A DNA stretch of 63,392 nt, filler included. It is 7 parts of 7 records of this genome, joined end to end, with 100 filler letters (N's around TTAATTAATTAA, not from the genome) between each part and the next. Parts side by side here need not be neighbours in the genome. Positions count along the whole stretch, not along the records: positions 13,474 to 22,788 come from SRR2962707_4017; positions 22,889 to 35,545 come from SRR2962707_4018; 5 more parts are not named here. One strand, 5' to 3'. The notes under the pieces were generated by a model. The model was not told where the DNA came from and ran no database searches. It saw only the letters and a program-made list of their open reading frames with translations. This document shows positions 13,475 to 22,936 of this stretch, piece after piece. A program made the translations under genes and the position numbers. How positions within the stretch are numbered: the first letter of the stretch is position 1; each line of letters opens with the position of its first letter.

Positions 13475-13870
13475 ATGCCAGAAACCATCATCGAACCGGG
13501 CCGCGGCATGGTTGGTGATGCGGGCGTGATCAAAGCTGAAGTCGTTCTGATTTCGCGCAAACATGCCGACGATCCGGTGCGTTGGGTTTACCTTGATATC
13601 GGTAAATTCGGCGGCCTTGCCGAAACCATGGACGAAGCCATTCGCTATCCGATTACGACCCTTCATGATGGCGGCGATGTTGCCCCGTGTGTTCTGGCCG
13701 GTCCGACCTGTGACAGTGCAGACGTGCTCTATGAAAAGAAACCTTATGACCTGCCGCTCGCACTGACGATCGGGGACGAGGTTCTGATCGAGGCAACCGG
13801 TGCCTACACCACCACTTACGCATCTGTGGCGTTCAACGGCTTTTCGCCGCTGGCGTCCTACATCATCTGA
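13475..13870 (+). CDS. Ornithine/lysine decarboxylase (fold-type III PLP enzyme), C-terminal part, 5'-truncated by contig end
   Basis: IIEPGR, GPTCDSAD, GAYT and FNGF motifs. Confidence 0.9.
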   Translation: MPETIIEPGRGMVGDAGVIKAEVVLISRKHADDPVRWVYLDIGKFGGLAETMDEAIRYPITTLHDGGDVAPCVLAGPTCDSADVLYEKKPYDLPLALTIGDEVLIEATGAYTTTYASVAFNGFSPLASYII

Positions 13871-13894
13871 CCCCGTTCGGGAAAGATCAGGCCA

Positions 13895-14401
13895 ATGATC
13901 ATTATTGATCGCGAAGGCACGCATTCGCATATTGAACGCGAAAAGCTGCTTGATCGCGTGATGGGTCAGGCGCGGTTCGGGAAATCGTCAGAAATCCTGC
14001 GCCGCAATCGGCTTCCGGCGGACGGTCTTGCGTTTGTTGCCTTTGACGACAAACACATGATCGGCACCGTTCGGTTGTGGAATGTCAATGCCGGTAACAG
14101 TGGCCCTGCCCTGTTGCTGGGTCCGTTGGCGGTTGAAAAGGCTTATAACGGGTCTGGTGTCGGGGCGGGTCTGGTCTATGCCGCCCTCAATGCCGCACAA
14201 TCAAGCGGCCACCGTTCGGTTCTTCTAGTTGGCGATCCGGACTATTACGCCCGCTTTGGCTTCCATGCCCAACCGGCAAACGGACTTTTGATGCCCGGTC
14301 ATTTTGATCGTCACCGGTTCCAGGCGATCAATCTGGGCAATGAAGACGTTTTAAGCGGGTCACAAGGGATGCTTCGCGCGACCGGTACGATGGCCCACTA
14401 A
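13895..14401 (+). CDS. GNAT-family N-acetyltransferase (YhbS-like)
   Basis: LLLGPLAV..YNGSGVGAGL (motif A) and VLLVGDPDYYARFGF; begins 24 nt after the decarboxylase stop, consistent with an operon. Confidence 0.88.
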   Translation: MIIIDREGTHSHIEREKLLDRVMGQARFGKSSEILRRNRLPADGLAFVAFDDKHMIGTVRLWNVNAGNSGPALLLGPLAVEKAYNGSGVGAGLVYAALNAAQSSGHRSVLLVGDPDYYARFGFHAQPANGLLMPGHFDRHRFQAINLGNEDVLSGSQGMLRATGTMAH

Positions 14402-14439
14402 GAACGCCAACAGCAACCATACCTTACCAATCCCGAACC

Positions 14440-14474
14440 AATCCCGGCACGGTCAACCCTGTGCCGGGATTTTT
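14440..14474 (+). terminator. Rho-independent terminator
   Basis: AATCCCGGCAC-N10-GTGCCGGGATT inverted repeat followed by a T-run, about 40 nt after the GNAT stop. Confidence 0.85.
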
Positions 14475-14792
14475 ATATTACTCAATACGCACGATCCACT
14501 TGCAGTCGCAACACGCGACCAATGCGGTAATTTTGGCCTTACAGCTCCGGTGTGCTGCCATTCGCCACACCGTCATTAACTGTCTTCTCTCAAGACAGTG
14601 TTGCAAACCACGCTTCAAAGTAAGATTGTAAAGAGTGTTATCTTCACCCTTTAGCCGTAATAAAATCTGCGCTGGTGCGAATAATGCTTAAGGTCGCATT
14701 GCAAGTATGTGCCCCACGCACAACCTGTAATACATTGATCCTAAATCAATCTTCCTAATTTGCGCGTAAACCTTGATTTTTTGGATACCAGA

Positions 14793-17768
14793 ATGCTGCA
14801 TGAACTGAAACAAGCCGTTTTTCGTCGTACCAGCATGCCCGTCACTTTGGCTGCTATAACGGTCACGCTTCTGGTTCTGGGTTTCAATTATTATGTTCAT
14901 TTTCCGTTGACACAAAACGCAGAGCAACGGGAACTAAGATCCCTGTCGACACTGCTTGCCGGATATGCAAGCCAGGTTGAAGAACAAATGATCGGGGTGG
15001 AAACCACCTTGACGGCGTTGGGCAGCATTGCAAATGACCAGCGTTATTCAGCGCGTGAAAAGCACCTTCTCTTGAAACAGGCCGCCGACGCATTGGACAT
15101 CGTGCGTGTGTTTGGCATTACAGATGTCAATGGACGTATCATACATTCATCTCGCACATTCCCGGCACCTGACGTCGATCTTTCACACCGCGATTACGTT
15201 AAATATTTCCTCGATGGTGGCCCAAACCAGCGATTTCTGTCAGGGCCTGTCAAAAACCTTGTTGACGGAAGATGGCAGATTTCCCTTGCACGGGCCATTC
15301 ATGGACCGTCCGGTGAACTGGTCGGGGTCATTTCAACCGTTGTTGACCCCGGCACAATGATTGACCGCATTGCCAAGTCATCAATTGATGTTGATTATAT
15401 CACGCTTCTTGACCGGAATTTCGATCTTGTCGCCCGAAAGCCTGCAAAAGACGACATGATTGGCAAATCGATGGCCAATGCAGAAATTTATACAGATGTC
15501 GCCAATGCCTCGAATGGATTTGTTGCCGATATCTATGCCAATGTCTTTACGGATCAAGTCCGTTTCGGCGTAGCTCAGCGTGTGTTTGACAATTCTTTGG
15601 TTATATCCACCTCAAGGCCCTATGAAACGGCCATGCAAAACTGGACAGTATTCTCGACCGGAATTTCGGTCTCGTCGGTGGTCCTGCTGGTCTTTATGAT
15701 TGCTATTTTGTGGTTCATTCAACTGCGTACAGTTGCAACGCAGCGATACAATGAAAAACTTCAATTGGTGAACAAGGAACTCGAAATATCCCGGGCCAAT
15801 GCCGAAAAGCTCGCCAATATCAAAGAAGATTTTCTGGCCAATATGAGTCACGAAATCAGAACGCCAATGAATGCGATTTTCGGCCTGACACAATTGTTGA
15901 AACGCACACCTTTGCAACAGCAACAACATGAATATGTCCGTCAGATCGGGTTATCGGGGAAATTCCTGCTGGGCGTTATTGACGAAATCCTGACCTTTTC
16001 CAAGATACAGGCCAACGAACTTGTTATCGATAATGAACCCTTTGTCCTGCCAGATGTCATTGATAATGTCGGTTCAATCATGTCGATGTCGGTTAATGAT
16101 AAACCAATTGAAGCGGTAATTGATGTCGCGGCTGACGTGCCAAGGTCAATTGTCGGCGACAGCCACAGACTGCAGCAGGTTTTGGTTAACCTGATCAGCA
16201 ATGCCATTAAATTCACCGAAGCAGGACACGTTAAACTGGACGTTCACACCGAAAAATCTGCTGATCAGTCCACGCAGCTGTGCTTTGTCGTTTCTGATAC
16301 CGGCATCGGTATTCCCGAAAAGACCCAGAAACATATTTTTGATCCCTTTACCCAAGCGGATGCGTCGACCACACGGAAATTTGGCGGCACAGGCTTGGGC
16401 CTTGCCATTTCCCATCGTCTCGCAACCGGAATGGACGGGCAAATTCTGCTGACCAGTCAGCCCGGCAAAGGTTCGACATTCACCCTTAAAGTACCTTTGA
16501 AAATCGGACCGTCCGATATCGCCCCTGCCCTTGTCTTTGACAGGAAAGAAAACCTTCGGGTCCTGATTGTCGATGACCAACTGCAAACACGTGATGCCCT
16601 TAAAACAATCGCCCGGTCATTGTATGTCGATGCCGACACAGCAGCGGATGGCAAAACCGCAATTGATATGCTTGTTAATTCAGCCAAACCGTATGACATC
16701 CTGATGATCGATTGGCAAATGCCCGGACTGGACGGCCTGGCAACGATTGACAGCATCCCCGGTGATCGATTGAAGAAAATGCCCGCCGTGATCATGGTCA
16801 CCGCACATGAACGCGAGTTACTGGCACAGACCAAAGACGCTGCAAAATATGAACTTCTGACCAAGCCGGTTACAGGATCTTCTTTCTTCAACGCGATTAT
16901 CGCAGTCAGTACTACCGACGCGACAATGCGCCCGGGCAGTGCGTCACAAAGCAATATGTCGGAAAACACCTTAGCCGGATATCACGTCTTGGTCGCCGAG
17001 GACAATATCGTCAACCAACAGGTTGCGATGGGCCTTCTGACATCATTGGGGGCGGATGTCTATATTGCGGGAAATGGCATCGAAGCCATTGACGCGGTAG
17101 AAAAAAACAGCTTCGACATCGTTCTGATGGATATTCAAATGCCTGAAATGACCGGGCTCGAAGCAACCCAACATATTCGGGAATCCTATCCGGATTTGGA
17201 TTTGCCAATCATCGCGCTGACCGCTGGTGTTCTGGAAAATGAACAACAAAAATGTCGTGAAGCCGGTATGAATGACTTTGTCGGTAAACCGTTCGATTTC
17301 GAATTGATTATTTCAAAAATCCTCAAACATACGTCTCAGAAAAAAAGTTCTCCTCAGCCCTTACAAGCAAACAACGTCTCCGATACCGAATTTTCGGACA
17401 CTCAAAGCAGAAACAAGATGCCAATTCTTGATGAAAACCGGGGCGTGGAGCTTACCGCTGGCAGTGTGGAACTTTACCGTCGTTTGTGTGGTCTTTTCGC
17501 ACCACAAGCCCAAGATTGTCAGAAACGCATCCGCTCTGCTTTGGACGAAGGCGACGACAAGACATTGGCAGAACAACTGCACATCATGAAAGGTTCGTCA
17601 GCCCAGATTGCGGCAATGCGTATTGCCGCAATGTCCGCAAACCTCGAACAGCTAACGCTCAGCGGCCACCTTGATATGGTAGAGGCAACCATCCCTGAAT
17701 TTAACAATATCCTGACCGAAACCCTTGAGCATCTGGAGCATATCTTGGCGCCCACGAATGATGGCTAA
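14793..17768 (+). CDS. Hybrid sensor histidine kinase: TM-Cache-TM-HisKA-HATPase-REC-REC-HPt
   Basis: H-box FLANMSHEIRTPMN; N-box NLISNAIKFT; G1 DTGIG; G2 GGTGLGL; receivers MIDWQMP and LMDIQMP; HPt LHIMKGSS. Start is ATG 14793 or TTG 14760. Confidence 0.93.
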   Translation: MLHELKQAVFRRTSMPVTLAAITVTLLVLGFNYYVHFPLTQNAEQRELRSLSTLLAGYASQVEEQMIGVETTLTALGSIANDQRYSAREKHLLLKQAADALDIVRVFGITDVNGRIIHSSRTFPAPDVDLSHRDYVKYFLDGGPNQRFLSGPVKNLVDGRWQISLARAIHGPSGELVGVISTVVDPGTMIDRIAKSSIDVDYITLLDRNFDLVARKPAKDDMIGKSMANAEIYTDVANASNGFVADIYANVFTDQVRFGVAQRVFDNSLVISTSRPYETAMQNWTVFSTGISVSSVVLLVFMIAILWFIQLRTVATQRYNEKLQLVNKELEISRANAEKLANIKEDFLANMSHEIRTPMNAIFGLTQLLKRTPLQQQQHEYVRQIGLSGKFLLGVIDEILTFSKIQANELVIDNEPFVLPDVIDNVGSIMSMSVNDKPIEAVIDVAADVPRSIVGDSHRLQQVLVNLISNAIKFTEAGHVKLDVHTEKSADQSTQLCFVVSDTGIGIPEKTQKHIFDPFTQADASTTRKFGGTGLGLAISHRLATGMDGQILLTSQPGKGSTFTLKVPLKIGPSDIAPALVFDRKENLRVLIVDDQLQTRDALKTIARSLYVDADTAADGKTAIDMLVNSAKPYDILMIDWQMPGLDGLATIDSIPGDRLKKMPAVIMVTAHERELLAQTKDAAKYELLTKPVTGSSFFNAIIAVSTTDATMRPGSASQSNMSENTLAGYHVLVAEDNIVNQQVAMGLLTSLGADVYIAGNGIEAIDAVEKNSFDIVLMDIQMPEMTGLEATQHIRESYPDLDLPIIALTAGVLENEQQKCREAGMNDFVGKPFDFELIISKILKHTSQKKSSPQPLQANNVSDTEFSDTQSRNKMPILDENRGVELTAGSVELYRRLCGLFAPQAQDCQKRIRSALDEGDDKTLAEQLHIMKGSSAQIAAMRIAAMSANLEQLTLSGHLDMVEATIPEFNNILTETLEHLEHILAPTNDG

Positions 17769-17799
17769 GCGTTTGCCTGTTGCGTGCCTGACATCTCGG

Positions 17800-20373
17800 C
17801 TATCGCGATGTTTCTGTGTTCAGTTTTTCAAGGCGAAGCAACAGCCTTTCTGAAGCCGCGAGACGCACACTGACAAGTTCCGACAGATGAAGGTTAAGGT
17901 CTTTGATGGCGGTTTCGGCATCGACAGAACTTTCTGAGCTGCCATCAAGGATAGCCTGCAAGTTGCTCTCATAGTGTTTAAACCTATGTGCATCCGCTGA
18001 AGCACCAATCACTGATAACATCCCGCCAACGGCACGTGCTTCTCGCACGATGTCTTTCCAGCTTTCTTGATCGGGTTGTTTTTTCAGTTGCTGCAGCAAC
18101 CTGTTTGAGTCCTCGATAAACTTCTCCAATGACTTGATATATGTCGATACTCTGCCTTTAAAGTGTTGATCTATAACGTCGGTATTAAAACCTAAAACCT
18201 CTGCCGCGTGTGCGAATTCAACAGATACAGAACGTTCACCCCGAGAACGTTTAAGCTGCTTTGCCCGGCTGACATGCTCGGACAATGCCCCGACGATCTC
18301 GCGCATCACGAATGGTTTTATGACGACGTCATTCGCCCCAGCCTGAAGACTATGATGGTGTAGTTCCGAAGTACTGTTTGCCGTCATCATCAAGATCGGG
18401 ATATCACCATATCCAAGCTCCCGAATACGGCGGACGGCGTCAAACCCATTGAGATCAGGCATCTGCACATCCATCAAGACAACATCGATCTTCTCACGGT
18501 TGTTCTGAACTTTGCTGATTGCTTCATAGCCACCCGATGCCATCAGAACCTTTGCGCCGTTGCGCACCATGAATTCTTTGGCGACTTCCCGGTGCATCTG
18601 ATTGTCATCAACCACAAGAACGGTATTACCCGTCAAGGTTTCCGCACCATCATGGGGTATACCGACATGACCAGCCGGAACTTGAATATGCGCCGTTGCA
18701 TCAGCCACCGCGTCAAGCAACATGCTCAGTGTTACAGGCTTGGTCAAAAAGCCGTTCAAGACACGTCCACGATCTTCGATATTTTTTGAAAGGAACGAAC
18801 GATTGTGGGCGGAAATCATGACGATGATTGGAATCTTACCACCATGTTGCAGCTCACGCACCTGTTTGCTCGTTTCCCATCCATCCAGTCCGGGCATCCG
18901 CCAGTCAATCAGGATGACGTCATATGTTTCCCTGAATCCCTGCTTCAGTTTGATCATATGCAACGCAGACTCGCCAGAAGCAGCAACATCGACATCCCAG
19001 CCCAAAACAGACGTCAACTGTTCAAAAACAGCGCGAGAAGATTCGTTGTCGTCAACAATCAAAGCGCGCAAGTTCTTCAAATGAGACGGAACAACCAAAC
19101 CGGAATTAAACGTGTTAACTTCATTTACCGGCGCGCGGAACACCACACCAGAAAAATCAAGATGTCGGTGTCCCAGGAACAACTGCCCGCCTGTCTGAGA
19201 CACAATACGTCGCGCAATTTCCAGATCAAGATTGATCCCGCCATTTGCTTCAACCTCAACCATCCCATTGGTCATTACTTCAATGCTCAGTTCTGGTTGC
19301 GAGCCGTCATTTTCCGCCAACCGAACCCGGATCAGGATCGTCTTACCGACACCGCCAGCCAGAACATGTAAAACAAGGTGAGAGACAATTTTCGCCAACA
19401 ATTCTCTATTGCACCGAACGGATTTGGCAACACTGTGATCCGTATCGAAAAGAATCTCGTTTTCTTCGACATCCAAGCGTCTTCCCAGCGCGAATGAGAC
19501 ATCATTCAAAAGTTCATCCAGGCCAAAGCTGTTCATCTTTCTAGCTTGATCTACCTCATCAAGTTCGAGAAATGAAACCAGTGAGTCCAGTCGGTCAACA
19601 GCTTCGTGGCAGATCTTTTGCAAACTGGTCACATAGGGCTGCCCGTCAGAATTAACGCCACGGATATCCAATATATCAATTATCCCTGAGGCATTCTGAA
19701 ACCGCGTGCGCAGATCATAATTCAATTCACGTAGAAGAACTCTGTCATCGTCATGAAGAAGAACTTTCTCACGCACATCTACCGAAAGCGGCTCGAAAGG
19801 GGCACGATTTTCAACCCGCTCCGGGGTAATTACCGCCAAAACCATATCATCTTCTGTTGACCCTGGATCGATGGGAACAAGCAAAGCGCTGCCAGTGATT
19901 TTATCTTCGCCATCCAACAATATTATCTGGTTCTTGAACAAAACACCCTTGGACATTTCAAGATTATCGCTGTCCGACCTTGGCAATTCGCCCACTTTCC
20001 GGTTGTCCACAAAACTAAGTTCCAAACCAAACAGGGCTTCGACCGGTAAGTCAAAAACAGTCCGAGCAGGTTTATTGCTTGCACGTATTTTATGATTGCT
20101 ATCAAGAATGAAAGCCGGTGCCGGAATGCCCTCAACGCAGGCGTCCAACTCAGCACTGGCAAGGCGTGTCTTTTCTGTTTCTCTTTCTTTTGGCGAATGC
20201 ACGTTCATGCGAAAGACCGCATAGAAAGACAGCACTGCCAGCGCAATGATACATCCCGTCAGAACGTTATCTGCAACCGAGAAGCCGGAAAATTGAGCAC
20301 CAAGACCAACCAATGTCACCGCAAGAACTATTCCAATCAGAATGTCTTTTTTACTGTTCGCGCTGTTTGGCAT
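17800..20373 (-). CDS. Membrane-anchored pseudo-histidine kinase/response regulator: TM-TM-PAS-degenerate HisKA/HATPase-REC-REC-degenerate HPt
   Basis: H-box equivalent LRELNYDLRTRFQ (His replaced by Tyr); eroded ATP-binding boxes; intact receivers LIDWRMPGLDG and LMDVQMPDLNG. Confidence 0.85.
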   Translation of the reverse strand: MPNSANSKKDILIGIVLAVTLVGLGAQFSGFSVADNVLTGCIIALAVLSFYAVFRMNVHSPKERETEKTRLASAELDACVEGIPAPAFILDSNHKIRASNKPARTVFDLPVEALFGLELSFVDNRKVGELPRSDSDNLEMSKGVLFKNQIILLDGEDKITGSALLVPIDPGSTEDDMVLAVITPERVENRAPFEPLSVDVREKVLLHDDDRVLLRELNYDLRTRFQNASGIIDILDIRGVNSDGQPYVTSLQKICHEAVDRLDSLVSFLELDEVDQARKMNSFGLDELLNDVSFALGRRLDVEENEILFDTDHSVAKSVRCNRELLAKIVSHLVLHVLAGGVGKTILIRVRLAENDGSQPELSIEVMTNGMVEVEANGGINLDLEIARRIVSQTGGQLFLGHRHLDFSGVVFRAPVNEVNTFNSGLVVPSHLKNLRALIVDDNESSRAVFEQLTSVLGWDVDVAASGESALHMIKLKQGFRETYDVILIDWRMPGLDGWETSKQVRELQHGGKIPIIVMISAHNRSFLSKNIEDRGRVLNGFLTKPVTLSMLLDAVADATAHIQVPAGHVGIPHDGAETLTGNTVLVVDDNQMHREVAKEFMVRNGAKVLMASGGYEAISKVQNNREKIDVVLMDVQMPDLNGFDAVRRIRELGYGDIPILMMTANSTSELHHHSLQAGANDVVIKPFVMREIVGALSEHVSRAKQLKRSRGERSVSVEFAHAAEVLGFNTDVIDQHFKGRVSTYIKSLEKFIEDSNRLLQQLKKQPDQESWKDIVREARAVGGMLSVIGASADAHRFKHYESNLQAILDGSSESSVDAETAIKDLNLHLSELVSVRLAASERLLLRLEKLNTETSR

Positions 20374-20649
20374 TAATCGCCCCACCTGAAGTTAACTCAA
20401 GACAACAGTTGGCTTTGGAAAGCCAACCCCAAGGCTATAGATTGGTAAGACCACTTGCAATTTTAAGTTACTAAAAAGAATAGGTTAGAACTATACCTGC
20501 TTTAAAGGATTCTCATGGGGTGCAACAATACAAGTTCGTAGCCTAACGGGTCATCATGCACAGAAAAAACCGCAACTCATTACCTACGTCTGGCATGAGA
20601 AAATGTTCCGAACCACGCAAAAGACAAATCGGACGTAAGAGGCCTTGGA

Positions 20650-22215
20650 TTAACAGGTATTTTCAGACAACCAGCCGACAAACACTCCGTCCTGCTCGAC
20701 CCGTTTATGGCTGAAACATTCACTGTTCGGATAAGCACCGTTTACCGGGGTAAAGCGCACATCTTCCTCGCCCGGAAGGATATTGGTGGTTGCCTCGACC
20801 AGTTCGGTATGGACGGTCCCCATGCCATCGGATGGCACCAGACAATCATAGCGCCCGCCATTGCCATTGACGGTGCGAACCCCGACCATGCCGTGGTTCA
20901 TCGGCCATGCTTTAAGCACCGAAACAAGATCACCGGAATTCTTCGAAAGGCAGGCCGTAATGGCGGGCATCATTTCATCGAAATGCTGCGTCCAGATGCC
21001 ATTGCCTTCTGCCTTAAGATCATTAACCGTCACAACCGGAAAGTCACCGGGGGCCAAGGCAAGACTGACCGGGCTTGCCGAAACCGCACAATGGGTCTTG
21101 CCCATTGATGTGTGCCAGATGGCATCTTCGCCCTTGCCGCGCAATTCATACATTTCATTGCCATATCCATATCCGGAACCGGTGATGATACGGGTCAGGG
21201 CAATCGGTTCACGGCCGGGGAATTCGACAATTGCGCGTTCGGCTTCATTATCAAAGGACACCGAAAAACGGCTTTGATCGTCACAGACAAATATTCTTGA
21301 TCCCGCAAGCGGGGTTGGCTTGGTGTTAAGCTGCGCCAACATTGCATCAATACGGCTGAGGGCGACCTTGCTTTGCGATAAGGCGCCGCTGATTTCGTGC
21401 TCATCGGGCGTGCTTGCTGCGCCATTGACCGTTTTTGTCCCGCTGGCAAAGCGGCCTTGGGCGAATTCAAGTTTCAGGCTGTATTCAAGCGGCGTGTCAT
21501 CATTGGCCCCGCCGTAATTGACCCGCTTGGCATTTTCAGAAAACTGCAGAAGCTGGCTATTGCGGTAGTAAAGCTTCACATCCGATGTGCCAAATTTGCC
21601 AAGGTCACGATGTTCATCAACCAGAAGCGGCTCACCATCCGGTGATACATAGGCCTTATAGGTTACCGTATGATCACTTGCGGCATACTGACCGGGAATG
21701 ACCCGCATGCCGGGAAGGCGGGCTTCGATTGCGGCAACATCGCGTGATACATCACTGCCATCGGTTTTACGGGCACCGTCCGATTGTGCTGTGGTGATCG
21801 GGCGGACCGTGATGTCGACATCACGTGGCGCATCGCGGGTAATGACCGGATACATCTGATCATTGCGGAACAAGACATCGTCGTTTTCCGTGACGATTGT
21901 AGCTTCGATCGCATAGGTAAAGCGCGGGTCAATCTTGCTGGCGTCATAGGGCAGGATAAACACCATCGGCGGATTGCCGACCGGCTGGCGCAAGGATGCA
22001 ATTTCAACAGACGGCGCATCGGCCCGCGAAACATCAAGCAGGCGCACGACAAGGAATGTGCTATCGGGTGAAAGGGCAATCCGTTCACGATAACTGACCG
22101 ACCCGGTCACTGTCGTTGTATCGGTTTGCAGGCCGGCACAGCCGGACAATATGCCGATCATGCCGATTGCACAAAGCGCCCTTACCCACACGCTTGTGAA
22201 GAAATTAGATTTCAT
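20650..22215 (-). CDS. Multidomain lipoprotein: YbaY-like domain + unknown domain + MliC-like domain + Cys-containing C-terminal domain
   Basis: Lipobox LSGC; VTGSVSYRERIAL..LLDVSRADAPS (YbaY); FVCDD...TGSGYGY...LRGKGEDA (MliC-like SGxxY and KG motifs). Confidence 0.8.
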   Translation of the reverse strand: MKSNFFTSVWVRALCAIGMIGILSGCAGLQTDTTTVTGSVSYRERIALSPDSTFLVVRLLDVSRADAPSVEIASLRQPVGNPPMVFILPYDASKIDPRFTYAIEATIVTENDDVLFRNDQMYPVITRDAPRDVDITVRPITTAQSDGARKTDGSDVSRDVAAIEARLPGMRVIPGQYAASDHTVTYKAYVSPDGEPLLVDEHRDLGKFGTSDVKLYYRNSQLLQFSENAKRVNYGGANDDTPLEYSLKLEFAQGRFASGTKTVNGAASTPDEHEISGALSQSKVALSRIDAMLAQLNTKPTPLAGSRIFVCDDQSRFSVSFDNEAERAIVEFPGREPIALTRIITGSGYGYGNEMYELRGKGEDAIWHTSMGKTHCAVSASPVSLALAPGDFPVVTVNDLKAEGNGIWTQHFDEMMPAITACLSKNSGDLVSVLKAWPMNHGMVGVRTVNGNGGRYDCLVPSDGMGTVHTELVEATTNILPGEEDVRFTPVNGAYPNSECFSHKRVEQDGVFVGWLSENTC

Positions 22216-22432
22216 TCTGACCCCGGTTTGCTCGTATTTTGGCAGTGGCGCTTATATTGCGCCCTTAATCGTGCCGCCAAACATACCGAAAACCAAGGCC
22301 AAAAATAGGCAAGGTTCTGTATTTGCCCATATTTAACCAGATTTACCGATCAAAGCCCGAATTTAGCCATCAGGATCACGCTGTTTGTGCCACATCGCAT
22401 CACAAGATGTTTTGGGTATGCACCAAAGGTTC

Positions 22433-22454
22433 GGGCGGGAAACTCTCCCCGCCC
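22433..22454 (-). terminator. Possible terminator hairpin downstream of the SMP-30 gene
   Basis: GGGCGGGA...TCCCCGCCC stem about 40 nt past the minus-strand stop; weak U-tail. Confidence 0.4.
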
Positions 22455-22493
22455 TTAAAACTGCACAGCCCGATGGTCCGACGTTTTTTGTCC

Positions 22494-22788
22494 TTAACCG
22501 GCAAACCGATAGCACGGCTGCCCGGCAACGTCGGTCTGCATGGACAGGAGTGCGCCTTCTAACGGGTTACCGTTGTCTTCCAACCCGACTGCGGCGGATG
22601 TGATATAAAGCGTTTTCATATCCGGGCCGCCAAACACACAACTGGTCGGCTGGGTTACCGGCAGATCAATGATGCGATCAACCCCGCCTTCCGGGTTAAA
22701 GCGGATCAGACATCCCCCGCCCCAACGGGCGTTCCAGATATAGCCATCGGCATCCATAGCCGATCCATCCATATTGCCGCGATCCTGC
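22494..22788 (-). CDS. SMP-30/gluconolactonase/LRE family protein, 5'-truncated
   Basis: DGSAMDADGYIWNARWGG...PTSCVFGG..LYITSA. Confidence 0.9.
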
Positions 22789-22888
22789 NNNNNNNNNNNN
22801 NNNNNNNNNNNNNNNNNNNNNNNNNNNNNNNNTTAATTAATTAANNNNNNNNNNNNNNNNNNNNNNNNNNNNNNNNNNNNNNNNNNNN
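22789..22888. other. Artificial contig spacer
   Basis: N-run with central TTAATTAATTAA. Confidence 0.97.
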
Positions 22889-22936
22889 CGTGCGTGCGTG
22901 CGTGTGTGTGTGTGCACGCGCATGTGCAATTGGCAG

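Noticed and set aside
14540-14575. tRNA fragment or att site (CGGTGTG...CACACCG)
   Set aside because: Only a simple hairpin; no T-arm GTTC motif, no cloverleaf, no second copy and no integrase.
13474-22788. Horizontal transfer into the eukaryote, or a functional link between the bacterial and eukaryotic genes
   Set aside because: Bounded by artificial spacers with truncated genes; adjacency in the window carries no biological information.
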